Positions 10,104 through 19,096 of a stretch of 64,000 nt of DNA are shown here, piece after piece. Location of the stretch: IMG/VR virus record IMGVR_UViG_3300030106_006393, positions 1-64,000 of that record, one strand, 5' to 3'. Source of the DNA: an uncultured virus (IMG/VR IMGVR_UViG_3300030106_006393) (lineage: Duplodnaviria > Heunggongvirae > Uroviricota > Caudoviricetes). Made by a program: the position numbers and the translations under genes. Position 1 is the stretch's first letter; each line of letters opens with the position of its first letter. The notes beneath the pieces are model-generated. The model worked only from the letters and a program-made list of their open reading frames with translations, was not told the DNA's origin and ran no database searches.

Positions 10104-10955
10104 ATGAGTTTTAAATTATTGATGGAAGGCTGGAGAGGATACGTCAAAGAAGATGCCGACCCGGCAAAATTAGATCCAGAGAGGTTTCCATTGAAGTTGG
10201 GCGATGTTAGTCCAAAAGCATCTAAAATTACTTCTCGTGCTGGAAGCAAGGATGGCGCTTCTGGTGATGACGTGATTCCTGTCGAGGCAGCATCATACAC
10301 GGCAGCACAGTTGAAGCCCTCACAGAGTTCTATGGATATATCTAAAGCTGTCAATTTTGCAATTCAAATGGCGCACCCTCAAGGAGTGTTAGACCTAGGA
10401 GGCAATTTAGATGCATTAATAAGCCAAGACAATTTTATAATGGATGGCCACCACCGATGGATTGGCACCGCAATGGCAGACCCTTCAGCAAAACTTAATG
10501 GATTCAGAGTGGGGTTCCCAGGCAAACAACTTGTGGCCGTTCTCAACAGCATGACTAAGGGCTTGTTTAATAAACAAAGGGGAAAGGCAGCTACTGGAGG
10601 CTTTGAGCAGTTTAATGAGCAGGGCATTCTACAGCAATTGCAAATTATAGCTAAAAAGGGGTCTTTTGGCAAGCTGACGCCAGAGCAGGTGTTGCAGGCC
10701 TTGTCAACAATTACTGGTACCGAAGGAGATGCAAATCAGCTAGTGATAGCTGGAGCAAAGAAGATGGCGAGCAATCTACAAGGTGTTACGTTGTCTGAGC
10801 CTGAGTGGGCACCTGCTCGCCCAGACATGCCGGTTATAGACAAGGAAAATGTTCCAACTGCAGCTCAAGCCCTTAATAAAGGTATCGTCGATGTTAACCC
10901 TCCGTATGCGAAAACCGGTCGCAAATATTTAGACCAAGGAGAGGCTTCAAAATGA
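10104..10955 (+). CDS. ParB/Srx-fold protein with phage N-terminal leader
   Basis: LKPSQ and ISQDNFIMDGHHRW motifs. Confidence 0.7.
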   Translation: MSFKLLMEGWRGYVKEDADPAKLDPERFPLKLGDVSPKASKITSRAGSKDGASGDDVIPVEAASYTAAQLKPSQSSMDISKAVNFAIQMAHPQGVLDLGGNLDALISQDNFIMDGHHRWIGTAMADPSAKLNGFRVGFPGKQLVAVLNSMTKGLFNKQRGKAATGGFEQFNEQGILQQLQIIAKKGSFGKLTPEQVLQALSTITGTEGDANQLVIAGAKKMASNLQGVTLSEPEWAPARPDMPVIDKENVPTAAQALNKGIVDVNPPYAKTGRKYLDQGEASK

Positions 10956-11101
10956 AAATCACTAAAGAACAAATACTAAAGATGATTCAAGAAGAGGTTG
11001 ACAAAGAAATAAGAGAGGGATTCTTTAGTCGTCTGTTCGGTGGTGGCGACGACAAAGAGATAACTAAGGTCATTGATGATCTTAACAAGGAAGATAAATG
11101 A
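10952..11101 (+). CDS. 49-aa protein MKITKEQILKMIQEEVDKEIREGFFSRLFGG...
   Basis: ATGA overlaps at both ends, GGAGAGG SD; missed by ORF track. Confidence 0.7.
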   Translation: MKITKEQILKMIQEEVDKEIREGFFSRLFGGGDDKEITKVIDDLNKEDK

Positions 11102-11514
11102 AAAACAATGAGCTAAAAAAGATGTTGAAGCCATTAATAAAACAATGCATCAAAGAAGTCATCTTTGAAGAGGGTGTTTTGTCAGGCATAATATCTGAAG
11201 TTGTCGGAGGTCTCTCAACAGGACAGACCGTAATGGAGGCAAAAGAAGAGAACATCTTTACTGGTCCAGACAGGGCGCAAGAAAAAAAGAAGCGCCTTAG
11301 CGAAACCAGAAAAAAGCTTTCTGAAGCGATAGCAAAAGAAGGTTACAACGGAGTCAACGTATTCGAAGGTACCGAACCACTATCAAGTGGAGGCAACCCA
11401 GGTGCATCAGCTGCCCCGTCTAGTCCCTTGTCGGGCTACGCACCAGGCGATGCCGGCGTGAACATCGATGGTCTTTTTTCTGTTGCGGGTAAAAATTGGT
11501 CAAAACTGATATGA
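11098..11514 (+). CDS. Hypothetical head-module protein
   Basis: MKNNELKKMLKPLIKQCIKEVIFEEG leader; coupled ORF. Confidence 0.7.
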   Translation: MKNNELKKMLKPLIKQCIKEVIFEEGVLSGIISEVVGGLSTGQTVMEAKEENIFTGPDRAQEKKKRLSETRKKLSEAIAKEGYNGVNVFEGTEPLSSGGNPGASAAPSSPLSGYAPGDAGVNIDGLFSVAGKNWSKLI

Positions 11515-11527
11515 AAGAGAGAAAATA

Positions 11528-11758
11528 ATGGCTAAACCAATACATGTTGAAGTGGTAGCACAGTCGAGATATACAGATGAGAACGAGAGACTAATAAAAA
11601 AGTTCGTTAGAAAAATAAAGAAAAACGGAGTTTTGGACTTAGTTAAGAAAAGAAGGTACTACGAAAAGCCTTCTGTAAAGAGAAAAAGAAAAAGAGAGAG
11701 AAAGTTGAAGGTTTGTCAAGAATCAACAAATAAGCATAAAGCTAAATTTAAGGATTAA
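11528..11758 (+). CDS. rpsU: 30S ribosomal protein bS21 homolog
   Basis: ERLIKKFVRKIKKNGVLDLVKKRRYYEKPSVKRKRK matches the bS21 pattern; 76 aa. Confidence 0.88.
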   Translation: MAKPIHVEVVAQSRYTDENERLIKKFVRKIKKNGVLDLVKKRRYYEKPSVKRKRKRERKLKVCQESTNKHKAKFKD

Positions 11759-11769
11759 GGAGTTATAAA

Positions 11770-12291
11770 ATGGCATCATTTCGCGGAGTTCACGGAGGCC
11801 TAGTAAAAAGAGGCCAAACAAGACGACCAGTCGGCATAGACGACAATAATAATATTAGTGGTAATCCTTATTCGGAACCGCATTCTGCTAGTTATAGCGC
11901 CTTAACTGTTCTGTCAGGTAGTTCTCTTTTAGATAATGGTCTAAATAGTAGCACAAATGGTTGCAATGGTTATCACATTGGAAACGCCAAGTACATACAT
12001 CTTTGGGTCTCCGGTGGAGCAGAAACTGCAGGAGTCACACTGCATGGATATAACTACGATATTGGTAAGTGGGGTAAAATGGAGGTTCCATCAGGATTTA
12101 GTGGCCAAAGTGGTTTAGACGCCGCATCAGACTCCACAGCTAGGGACGGATACACGATAGCTACAGCAAAAGTAGGCCCAGGCGGTGAAGCAAGAATGAA
12201 GACAATCGAGCTTAACGGAATTGACAGAATTGGACTTGTTCAGACAGGCTCAGCACCATCTGCGGTGAGAGCATCAGTTTCAACTATATAG
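11770..12291 (+). CDS. Hypothetical Gly/Ser-rich, probably structural protein
   Basis: AAGGAG SD; beta-rich composition. Confidence 0.65.
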   Translation: MASFRGVHGGLVKRGQTRRPVGIDDNNNISGNPYSEPHSASYSALTVLSGSSLLDNGLNSSTNGCNGYHIGNAKYIHLWVSGGAETAGVTLHGYNYDIGKWGKMEVPSGFSGQSGLDAASDSTARDGYTIATAKVGPGGEARMKTIELNGIDRIGLVQTGSAPSAVRASVSTI

Positions 12292-12301
12292 GAGCAACAT
12301 A

Positions 12302-12469
12302 ATGGCTAGGTCAAATACTAAGAAGTCGTCGGACTATATTATAAAAACTAACGATGTTAGGGGCCAGTATACCCCCGTCTCAACCAAGCAAGGCAACGAT
12401 CAACAGCCACCCTTTATCTTGGGGTTCAGAGGGGTTCCAACCATCCGCATTCGCACAAAAGCAGAGTGA
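12302..12469 (+). CDS. 55-aa hypothetical protein (MARSNTKK...QPPFILGFRGVPTIRIRTKAE)
   Basis: AGGAG SD; fills the gap; missed by ORF track. Confidence 0.55.
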   Translation: MARSNTKKSSDYIIKTNDVRGQYTPVSTKQGNDQQPPFILGFRGVPTIRIRTKAE

Positions 12470-12500
12470 CATATTTTCCAGTCATTTAGCAAATTTCAAT

Positions 12501-12509
12501 ACTAATTAC
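12501..12509 (+). promoter_or_regulatory. Putative late promoter ACTAATTAC
   Basis: Motif instance before scaffold and capsid genes. Confidence 0.6.
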
Positions 12510-12546
12510 TTTTGAGAAAATTCTTCTACTTTTAAGGGGTAAGTAT

Positions 12547-13632
12547 ATGTCATCCATGTTAGAACAAGCAATAGTCGACGCCAAGGCGTTGAAAGAGTCG
12601 GCAATCAAAAATGCCGAAGCAATGGTAATTGAGAAATATTCTGATCAAATTAAAGAGGCGGTCAACTCTTTGCTTGAACAGGACGAACTAGGTCTTGAGG
12701 ACGATCCTCTGGCTGGCGAGGACGATCTCGCTGGTGGGGATGCAGCTCCAGAGACTAATCCTGTTTTAAATCAGGTGCCAACAGCAATGGAAGAAGATCT
12801 TCCAGCTGATTCTGGCGGCGGAGGCGTCACAGATTCCACAACTTTAACTTTGGATCTTCCTGATCTTCTTCAAAAGATGGAAGAAATAGAAAAGGAAGAA
12901 GGCATTGACGCTGTTGATGCCCTGGACGGAGAAAAAGAATCGCACGAAGAATTGGCACAGGACATGGCACCAGCCGTTGACTCTGCCCCTGAGTCTGCCA
13001 GCACCATGATGGAGCAGGTAGAGGAAGAAGACATCACAGACGCTCTCGTTGATGAAATTCTAGAGAGACTTCGAGTAGATATCGACCCACAGCCCCGAGG
13101 TTGGGCCGGTACACCACGAAAGCACATGGAGGAGCTTGCAGACCAGGCTCTAGCTCGCGAAGCTGACGACGAAGTAAAAGAAGAAAACGAGGCCCTTAGA
13201 GCACGAGTGGCAGAACTCGAAGAATCTCTAAGCAAAACAACAGATCAAAATCAAACACTTGTCGAAGAAAGAGACAAGTTTAGAGATGCCATATTGGTAT
13301 TGAAAGAAAAGATTGATATCGTAAACGTTTCGAATGCGAAACTGCTTTACATAAACAAGGCATTGGAAAATTCCTCCCTGAATGAGCGACAAAAGAAGAA
13401 ACTTGTCGAAGCAATTTCTAAAGCCGAAACAACTAAGGAAGCGAAGGTTATTTACGAAACACTTCAAAGCACAGTGGGAAGCACAGACAGACGTTCTATG
13501 CCGAAATCACTAAGCGAAGCAGTCAGTAGATCTAACTCTTCATTGCTTATTAACTCGCAAAGAAATAAGGAAAACACAACATCAGACGCCTTTTCTGAGC
13601 GACTCCAGCGATTAGCTGGACTTAAAAAATAA
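12547..13632 (+). CDS. Prohead core/scaffolding protein (gp22 analog)
   Basis: Highly acidic, C-terminal coiled coil, NAKLLY motif, ends RLQRLAGL; directly upstream of MCP. Confidence 0.8.
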   Translation: MSSMLEQAIVDAKALKESAIKNAEAMVIEKYSDQIKEAVNSLLEQDELGLEDDPLAGEDDLAGGDAAPETNPVLNQVPTAMEEDLPADSGGGGVTDSTTLTLDLPDLLQKMEEIEKEEGIDAVDALDGEKESHEELAQDMAPAVDSAPESASTMMEQVEEEDITDALVDEILERLRVDIDPQPRGWAGTPRKHMEELADQALAREADDEVKEENEALRARVAELEESLSKTTDQNQTLVEERDKFRDAILVLKEKIDIVNVSNAKLLYINKALENSSLNERQKKKLVEAISKAETTKEAKVIYETLQSTVGSTDRRSMPKSLSEAVSRSNSSLLINSQRNKENTTSDAFSERLQRLAGLKK

Positions 13633-13650
13633 CTAGGAGGTTACTATAAC

Positions 13651-15393
13651 ATGTCTGTTTTACAAAAATTGACTGAAGGTATCGTTCGACGTGACGTTTC
13701 TAAAGAGGGAGCAGCCCTTCTCAGCAAGTGGGAAAAGACTGGTCTTTTGGAAGGTCTCGGAAGCGATAACCATAAGAACAACATGGCCGTTCTCCTTGAG
13801 AACCAGGCCAAGGAGCTTCTCCGTGAGGCTTCCTCAATGGCTGCTGGCGACGTCGAAGGCTTCGCAGCAGTTGCATTTCCAATCGTTCGCCGTGTTTTCG
13901 GTGGATTGATTGCTAACGATCTTGTCTCGGTACAGCCGATGAGTCTCCCAAGTGGTCTCATCTTCTTCCTTGACTTCACACACACTCACACCAGATCCGG
14001 AATGAACAAGGGTGATTCCGTCTACGGTGGTAATGTTGTTGGTCGCCAGTTGACCGGTGGTGTCGACCTCGACGGCGACATGAGCAGTGGAGGCCCTGGT
14101 GGTTTCTACGAGCTTGGAACTGGCTACAGTTCGCCAACCGCAAGTGTTTCCCGCCACTTCGCAGCAGCTTCGACTGCTTGTGACGAGGTTGCACCTAGCG
14201 CAATGACAGAGGCACAGAAGAAGCTTATCAAGTTTGACCCTGACGTTTTGGCTGGCAGCAGCGACGTTACAGTCCTTGAGCTTTCTGCTTCTGGTATTCC
14301 TTCGGATCTTAACAGAGACGCACTCACTGCGATTGCCGAGGTTACTGGTTCGAGCGCAAACAACCGTCTTGTCAGAAGACTTACACAGATTACCTCTGCA
14401 GGTAAGCTGAGAATCGTCTTCTTGGGCAACGGTGTTCCTAACGCTGGCGACAACGCTGACGGCGTTCTTTTGTCGTATCCGCTCGTGGACAAGTTCCAGG
14501 CTGGTGGTGCAGGCGCAGGCCAGGCCGACGCGCTTGGTTCTATCGTTGGTGCTGACACATGGGGACTTGAAGAGCCATCACCTTCGACTGGTGAGGTTGG
14601 TTCTGGAACTGGTAAGCAGCGCATACCTGAGATCGACATCAAGGTCGATAGTATTGCTGTGACAGCAGTCACCAAGAAGCTCAAGGCTAAGTGGACACCT
14701 GAGTTGGGACAGGATCTCAACGCATACCACAACCTTGACGCAGAGGTTGAGTTGACCGGTATCCTTTCTGAGCAGATTGCTCTTGAAATCGATAACGAGA
14801 TTCTCGGAGACCTCGTCAACGGTGCTACTGCAGGAACTCGCTACTGGAGCCGTGCTCCTGGCTTGTTTGTTGACAGCAATGGTAGTGAGCTTGGTGCCAC
14901 TTCGGCATCTCCTGACTTCACTGGTACTGTCAGTGAGTGGTATGAGACCCTCATTGAGACTATCAACGATGTTAGTGCTCAGATCCACAGAAAGACACTT
15001 CGCGGTGGCGCAAACTTTGTTGTTTGTTCGCCCGAGGTTGCTAATATCCTTGAGTTCACAAGCGGTTTCCGCGCAAGCGTGACTGCTGACGCTGACAAGG
15101 GTGACATCGGTGCTGTAAAGGTCGGCGCACTTTCCAAGAAGTTTGAGGTCTTTGTTGATCCTTACTTCCCAAGAAACGTGATCCTCGTCGGTCGTAAGGG
15201 TAACTCTTTCCTCGAAAGCGGTTACGTGTACGCCCCGTATGTACCTCTGCAGGTCACACCTACCATCTTTGGCACCGAGGACTTCGTACCTCGTAAGGGA
15301 GTTATGACCCGTTACGCCAAGCAGATGGTACGTCCTGACATGTACGGAATTGTTATCGTCCGTGGTCTCCTCGGTGAGGCAGGCGCTAGCTAA
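13651..15393 (+). CDS. Major capsid protein (T4 gp23-like)
   Basis: AVLLENQ, VSVQPMSLPSGLIF, KLKAKWTPELGQDL, YAPYVPL, PRKGVMTRYA. Confidence 0.97.
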   Translation: MSVLQKLTEGIVRRDVSKEGAALLSKWEKTGLLEGLGSDNHKNNMAVLLENQAKELLREASSMAAGDVEGFAAVAFPIVRRVFGGLIANDLVSVQPMSLPSGLIFFLDFTHTHTRSGMNKGDSVYGGNVVGRQLTGGVDLDGDMSSGGPGGFYELGTGYSSPTASVSRHFAAASTACDEVAPSAMTEAQKKLIKFDPDVLAGSSDVTVLELSASGIPSDLNRDALTAIAEVTGSSANNRLVRRLTQITSAGKLRIVFLGNGVPNAGDNADGVLLSYPLVDKFQAGGAGAGQADALGSIVGADTWGLEEPSPSTGEVGSGTGKQRIPEIDIKVDSIAVTAVTKKLKAKWTPELGQDLNAYHNLDAEVELTGILSEQIALEIDNEILGDLVNGATAGTRYWSRAPGLFVDSNGSELGATSASPDFTGTVSEWYETLIETINDVSAQIHRKTLRGGANFVVCSPEVANILEFTSGFRASVTADADKGDIGAVKVGALSKKFEVFVDPYFPRNVILVGRKGNSFLESGYVYAPYVPLQVTPTIFGTEDFVPRKGVMTRYAKQMVRPDMYGIVIVRGLLGEAGAS

Positions 15394-15417
15394 TAGTGTC
15401 CGATAGCTAAAAGAATT

Positions 15418-15447
15418 AAGCCCTCCATTCATTTGGAGGGCTTTTTC
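15418..15447 (+). terminator. Rho-independent terminator after MCP
   Basis: AAGCCCTCCA / TGGAGGGCTT stem plus T tract. Confidence 0.85.
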
Positions 15448-15458
15448 TATTTTGATTA

Positions 15459-15467
15459 ACTATTTAC
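15459..15467 (+). promoter_or_regulatory. Putative late promoter ACTATTTAC
   Basis: Motif immediately after a terminator. Confidence 0.6.
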
Positions 15468-15516
15468 TACAAGTGATAAGGCGAACTGCCTTTAAAAAAT
15501 AAAGGAGATTTTTATA

Positions 15517-15948
15517 ATGGCAAAATTAGGAAGATATAGTGCGGATAGGAAAAAGGTTGAATCAATCACTGCTACCAAGTCGTTGACAACAGCAGACTGT
15601 GGATCGTTGCTCGTACTCAACGCTGCAGCAGGATGCACAGTGACTCTACCATCGGTAGCTGATGCGGGCAAAGGCTGGTGGGTTAGATTTGTTATAGGCA
15701 CCAACTGCAGCAGCAACACTATTGTTATTACAGAAAAGACCTCTGCAGACACCGATGTTCTTATCGGTGGAATCAACGAGTTGGAGGTTGACACTAGCGA
15801 TGACGGACCAAGCACAACCGGAGCAACCACTATAACCATTGCAAACGCTTTGGACACGGTTGGAGATTTTGTAGAGTTTATCTGTGACGGATCAAATTTC
15901 TACTTCCACGGACAGACCAAGCTCGACGGCTGCATGACCATTGCTTAA
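15517..15948 (+). CDS. Putative capsid decoration or beta-rich structural protein
   Basis: LTTADCGSLLVLN...VTLPSVA...GDFVEFICDGSNFY; own promoter and terminator after MCP. Confidence 0.6.
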   Translation: MAKLGRYSADRKKVESITATKSLTTADCGSLLVLNAAAGCTVTLPSVADAGKGWWVRFVIGTNCSSNTIVITEKTSADTDVLIGGINELEVDTSDDGPSTTGATTITIANALDTVGDFVEFICDGSNFYFHGQTKLDGCMTIA

Positions 15949-15976
15949 TAAGTAATTTGCCTTATCAATAGAATTC

Positions 15977-16008
15977 CCTCAAGGTCTTTTTTAAGCCTTG
16001 AGGTTTTC
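15977..16008 (+). terminator. Rho-independent terminator
   Basis: CCTCAAGG / CCTTGAGG stem then TTTT. Confidence 0.7.
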
Positions 16009-16054
16009 TATTTTTTGGGACTAATTATAATATATGCTTTTGAAAGGAGCAAAA

Positions 16055-16378
16055 ATGGGAAAGCTGAGAAAAAGACTGACAAAGACAAAGTATGCTAAGA
16101 AGTATGCTAAAAAGAGAGCAGCTCTGTTTAACACAGAGTCTGTCACAATTCCGACCCCGGAGCCAGTAACAGCAGAGGTCGAAAAGGCAGAGAAAAAAGA
16201 GCCAGAAGTTACAACTGAGTGTAGTTTGCCTGAGCCTGAACCGGTGCAAGAGATAGCAGAACCAGCACCAAAGCCAAACGCACTAAAGGAAGTTGCCACG
16301 GCTCCACTAAAAAAGAAAAGGAGAAGGCGCTCGTCCTCACGAAAGGCGAAAGCCTCCACAAAGAAAGCAAACAGCTAA
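16055..16378 (+). CDS. Hypothetical protein with basic termini and Pro/Glu-rich centre
   Basis: AGGAG SD before ATG 16055; ACTAATTAT motif at 16020. Confidence 0.6.
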   Translation: MGKLRKRLTKTKYAKKYAKKRAALFNTESVTIPTPEPVTAEVEKAEKKEPEVTTECSLPEPEPVQEIAEPAPKPNALKEVATAPLKKKRRRRSSSRKAKASTKKANS

Positions 16379-16437
16379 TAACACAGCGGTTTTCTTCGTT
16401 TAGTTAACTAGTTAAAAAGAAGAACGGAGGATTCTTA

Positions 16438-17739
16438 ATGCCAACAACAACTTTGACACCAGCTAGCACGATGAGCAAGTCTATTCTTGCTTCTTCGGGT
16501 AGTGAGGGTGATGTAAACAAATCTGTTGCTTACAAAGTTTATTCTAATACATCGTCTCCATTGTATGATGCTAATTTCTTATCTGGCGCGGCAAGCCAGG
16601 TCACATATGTGTATAGAAAATTAGGAGGAGACGTTCTAGATATTGAGCTAACTACTGCAAACGTTTACTCAGCATATGAAGAGGCAACGTTAGAGTATTC
16701 TTATATCTTAAACATACATCAAGCGAACAATTCGCTCTCGTCCTATTTGGGTCACACAACAGGTGCTTTTGATCACTTGGGCAACCTCAAATCAACGGGA
16801 GATACCACACTGTCTTCTTCTTTGGCAGGAGAGCAAGTCGCCCTCAAGTATCCAAGGTTTGAATTTGGATATTCCAGAAGAGCAACAGAGGCCATCGCCG
16901 CAGAAGCGGGAATGGGCAGAGGACAAAGAGAGTATTCAGCGTCCTTTGATGTCGTTACAGGGCAGCAGGATTACGACCTTCAGACAATCGTATCATCATC
17001 TGCAGCCACCACCGGCTCGCTTCCATATTTTAACAAGGTTGGCAATAAAAAGCTTCTTATAAAGAAAGTGTTCTACAAAACTCCTCATGCGATGTGGAGA
17101 TTCTTCGGATACTACGGAGGATTGAATGTTGTAGGGAACTTGCACAACTATGGACAGTTTTCAGATTCCTCAACTTTTGAATTAATTCCAGCTTGGCACA
17201 ACAAAGCTCAAGCATTGGCGTTTGAGGATTCGATATATACAAGAATGTCTCATTTTTCATATGAGCTTAAGGATAACCAGCTAAGGTTATTCCCGATACC
17301 AGAGCGCCACGGCCCTACAAAGATGTGGATACAATTCTCAGTGCCTTCTGATCCATTTAAAGAAGAAGAATCGGGCACCAATTCTGGCATTGATGGAATA
17401 AATAATATGAACACGCTTCCATTTGCTAACTTGCCATTTAAGAGCATAAACAGCATTGGTAAGCAGTGGATCCGCCGCTTCGCACTCGCTCTTTGCAAAG
17501 AGATGTTGGGCCAAATAAGAAGCAAGTTTCAGACAATCCCGATCCCGGGCGAGGCTGTAACTTTGAATGGTAGTGACTTGTTGACTCAGGCAAAGGACGA
17601 GCAAGAAAAACTAAGAGAAGAGCTAAAGACGACTTTGGCAGAAATGACCTACACAAAGCTCATCCAATCTGATTCAGACATGATGGATGCTACAGGCAAG
17701 ATACAGGAAAAGATCCCAGTATCGGTATTTGTGGGGTAA
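16438..17739 (+). CDS. Neck protein (gp13-like head-tail adaptor)
   Basis: KLGGDVLDIELT; WIRRFALALCKEMLGQIRSKF; VTLNG; preceded by ACTAGTTAA at 16407. Confidence 0.85.
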   Translation: MPTTTLTPASTMSKSILASSGSEGDVNKSVAYKVYSNTSSPLYDANFLSGAASQVTYVYRKLGGDVLDIELTTANVYSAYEEATLEYSYILNIHQANNSLSSYLGHTTGAFDHLGNLKSTGDTTLSSSLAGEQVALKYPRFEFGYSRRATEAIAAEAGMGRGQREYSASFDVVTGQQDYDLQTIVSSSAATTGSLPYFNKVGNKKLLIKKVFYKTPHAMWRFFGYYGGLNVVGNLHNYGQFSDSSTFELIPAWHNKAQALAFEDSIYTRMSHFSYELKDNQLRLFPIPERHGPTKMWIQFSVPSDPFKEEESGTNSGIDGINNMNTLPFANLPFKSINSIGKQWIRRFALALCKEMLGQIRSKFQTIPIPGEAVTLNGSDLLTQAKDEQEKLREELKTTLAEMTYTKLIQSDSDMMDATGKIQEKIPVSVFVG

Positions 17740-17745
17740 TGAAAA

Positions 17746-18234
17746 ATGGCAGATAATAAATGGAAGCAGCCTGGACAGCCGCCCCCACCGCTATTTCTTG
17801 GAAAGAAAGAGCGCGATCTAGTCAAGCAAATTAATGATGAGCTAGTCGAACGGGTCATTGGCCAGCAGATCTTGTATTATCCTATAAGTATTGAAAACAC
17901 AGACTTCCATCCGGTTTACGGAGAAGCAATACGAAAGAACTTTCTTAACCCTATTAGGGTCTATGCTCTTGTGGAGTGGCAAGGGTATGAAACAGAAACC
18001 ACCAACTTGGGTGTTGACCGTCTATCTAAGATTACGGTACACTTCCACAAGAGAAGATTAACAGAAGACCAGAACTTGTTTGTTAGAGAAGGCGATTTTG
18101 TTTTGTATGGTGATCAATACTACGAAATAGTTACTCTAAATGAGCCCAAGCAGCTATTTGGGCAAATTGGACACCAGATGGAAATAACAGCAGAGTGTGT
18201 CAAGGCAAGAGAGGGTCTGTTTGATGCCAATTAG
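17746..18234 (+). CDS. Neck/head closure protein (gp14-like)
   Basis: QILYYP, HPVYGEA, REGDFVLY; synteny after gp13. Confidence 0.75.
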   Translation: MADNKWKQPGQPPPPLFLGKKERDLVKQINDELVERVIGQQILYYPISIENTDFHPVYGEAIRKNFLNPIRVYALVEWQGYETETTNLGVDRLSKITVHFHKRRLTEDQNLFVREGDFVLYGDQYYEIVTLNEPKQLFGQIGHQMEITAECVKAREGLFDAN

Positions 18235-19096
18235 AGAAGAACCAAAAGAAGAAATCAAGATTCCATTCTCTGCCTCCAAGATAGAGAACATCGATTCAGC
18301 AATGATCTCCTATTTGGATGAGGAATTGAACCTTCACACAACAACGAACAATGGGTGGAGCAAAGTACCAGTCATTTGGACCTCTTCAGAAAGAGTTTTT
18401 CAGAGCAAGAGAGACTCTAGGATTAGGGATGATGCTGGATCTCTTGTTTTGCCTATAATCAGTGTTGAGAGAAAGGGCGTGGCGAAGGACCTGCAGAGAA
18501 AGGGCTCTGTACAAGCTGCTTTGGTGCCCGAGTTCGACGAAAAGGGCGGAACAATAAAAATTGCAAGAAGAATAAAGCAAGACAAGACGTCAAATTTTGC
18601 AAATGCATCTGCAAAAAGAAAAAGAGGACAACTAAACTTTCCGACAGCAAATAAAAAGATAGTTTATGAGACTCTAACAATTCCGCTGCCAATTTATATT
18701 ACTGTTCAGTACGAGATAACAATAAGAACAGAATATCAGCAGCAAATGAACGACCTAATAACACCTTTTTTGACAAAGCCAGGAGGCGTTCACTACATAT
18801 TGATAAAAAATGAAAGCCACAGGTATGAAGGATTCATTAATCAAGACTTTGCACACAATAACAACATTAGCTCTTTCTCGAATGAGGAGAGAAAGTTTGA
18901 AACAAAGATAACAATCGATGTTTTGGGTCACTTGATCGGAGCAGGCGTAAACGAAGACCAGCCACAGTTTGCAATAAGAGAGAATGCAGTGGACTTCAAG
19001 ATGCCTAGAGAGAGGATCATGACAAAGGACGAAGTAGAGAGAAAGTTATCCGAACTTTACGGCTTATCTGGAGTAGAGGACATATATTATGATTAG
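18224..19096 (+). CDS. Tail terminator/sheath stabilizer (gp15-like), copy 1
   Basis: KVPVIW, LPIISVER, PIYITVQYEITI, QQQMNDL; synteny. Confidence 0.72.
   Translation: MPIREEPKEEIKIPFSASKIENIDSAMISYLDEELNLHTTTNNGWSKVPVIWTSSERVFQSKRDSRIRDDAGSLVLPIISVERKGVAKDLQRKGSVQAALVPEFDEKGGTIKIARRIKQDKTSNFANASAKRKRGQLNFPTANKKIVYETLTIPLPIYITVQYEITIRTEYQQQMNDLITPFLTKPGGVHYILIKNESHRYEGFINQDFAHNNNISSFSNEERKFETKITIDVLGHLIGAGVNEDQPQFAIRENAVDFKMPRERIMTKDEVERKLSELYGLSGVEDIYYD

Noticed and set aside
13644..15432. Long antisense ORFs over the capsid gene (up to 284 aa)
   Set aside because: Shadow ORFs expected from strong codon bias; no SD or recognisable motifs.
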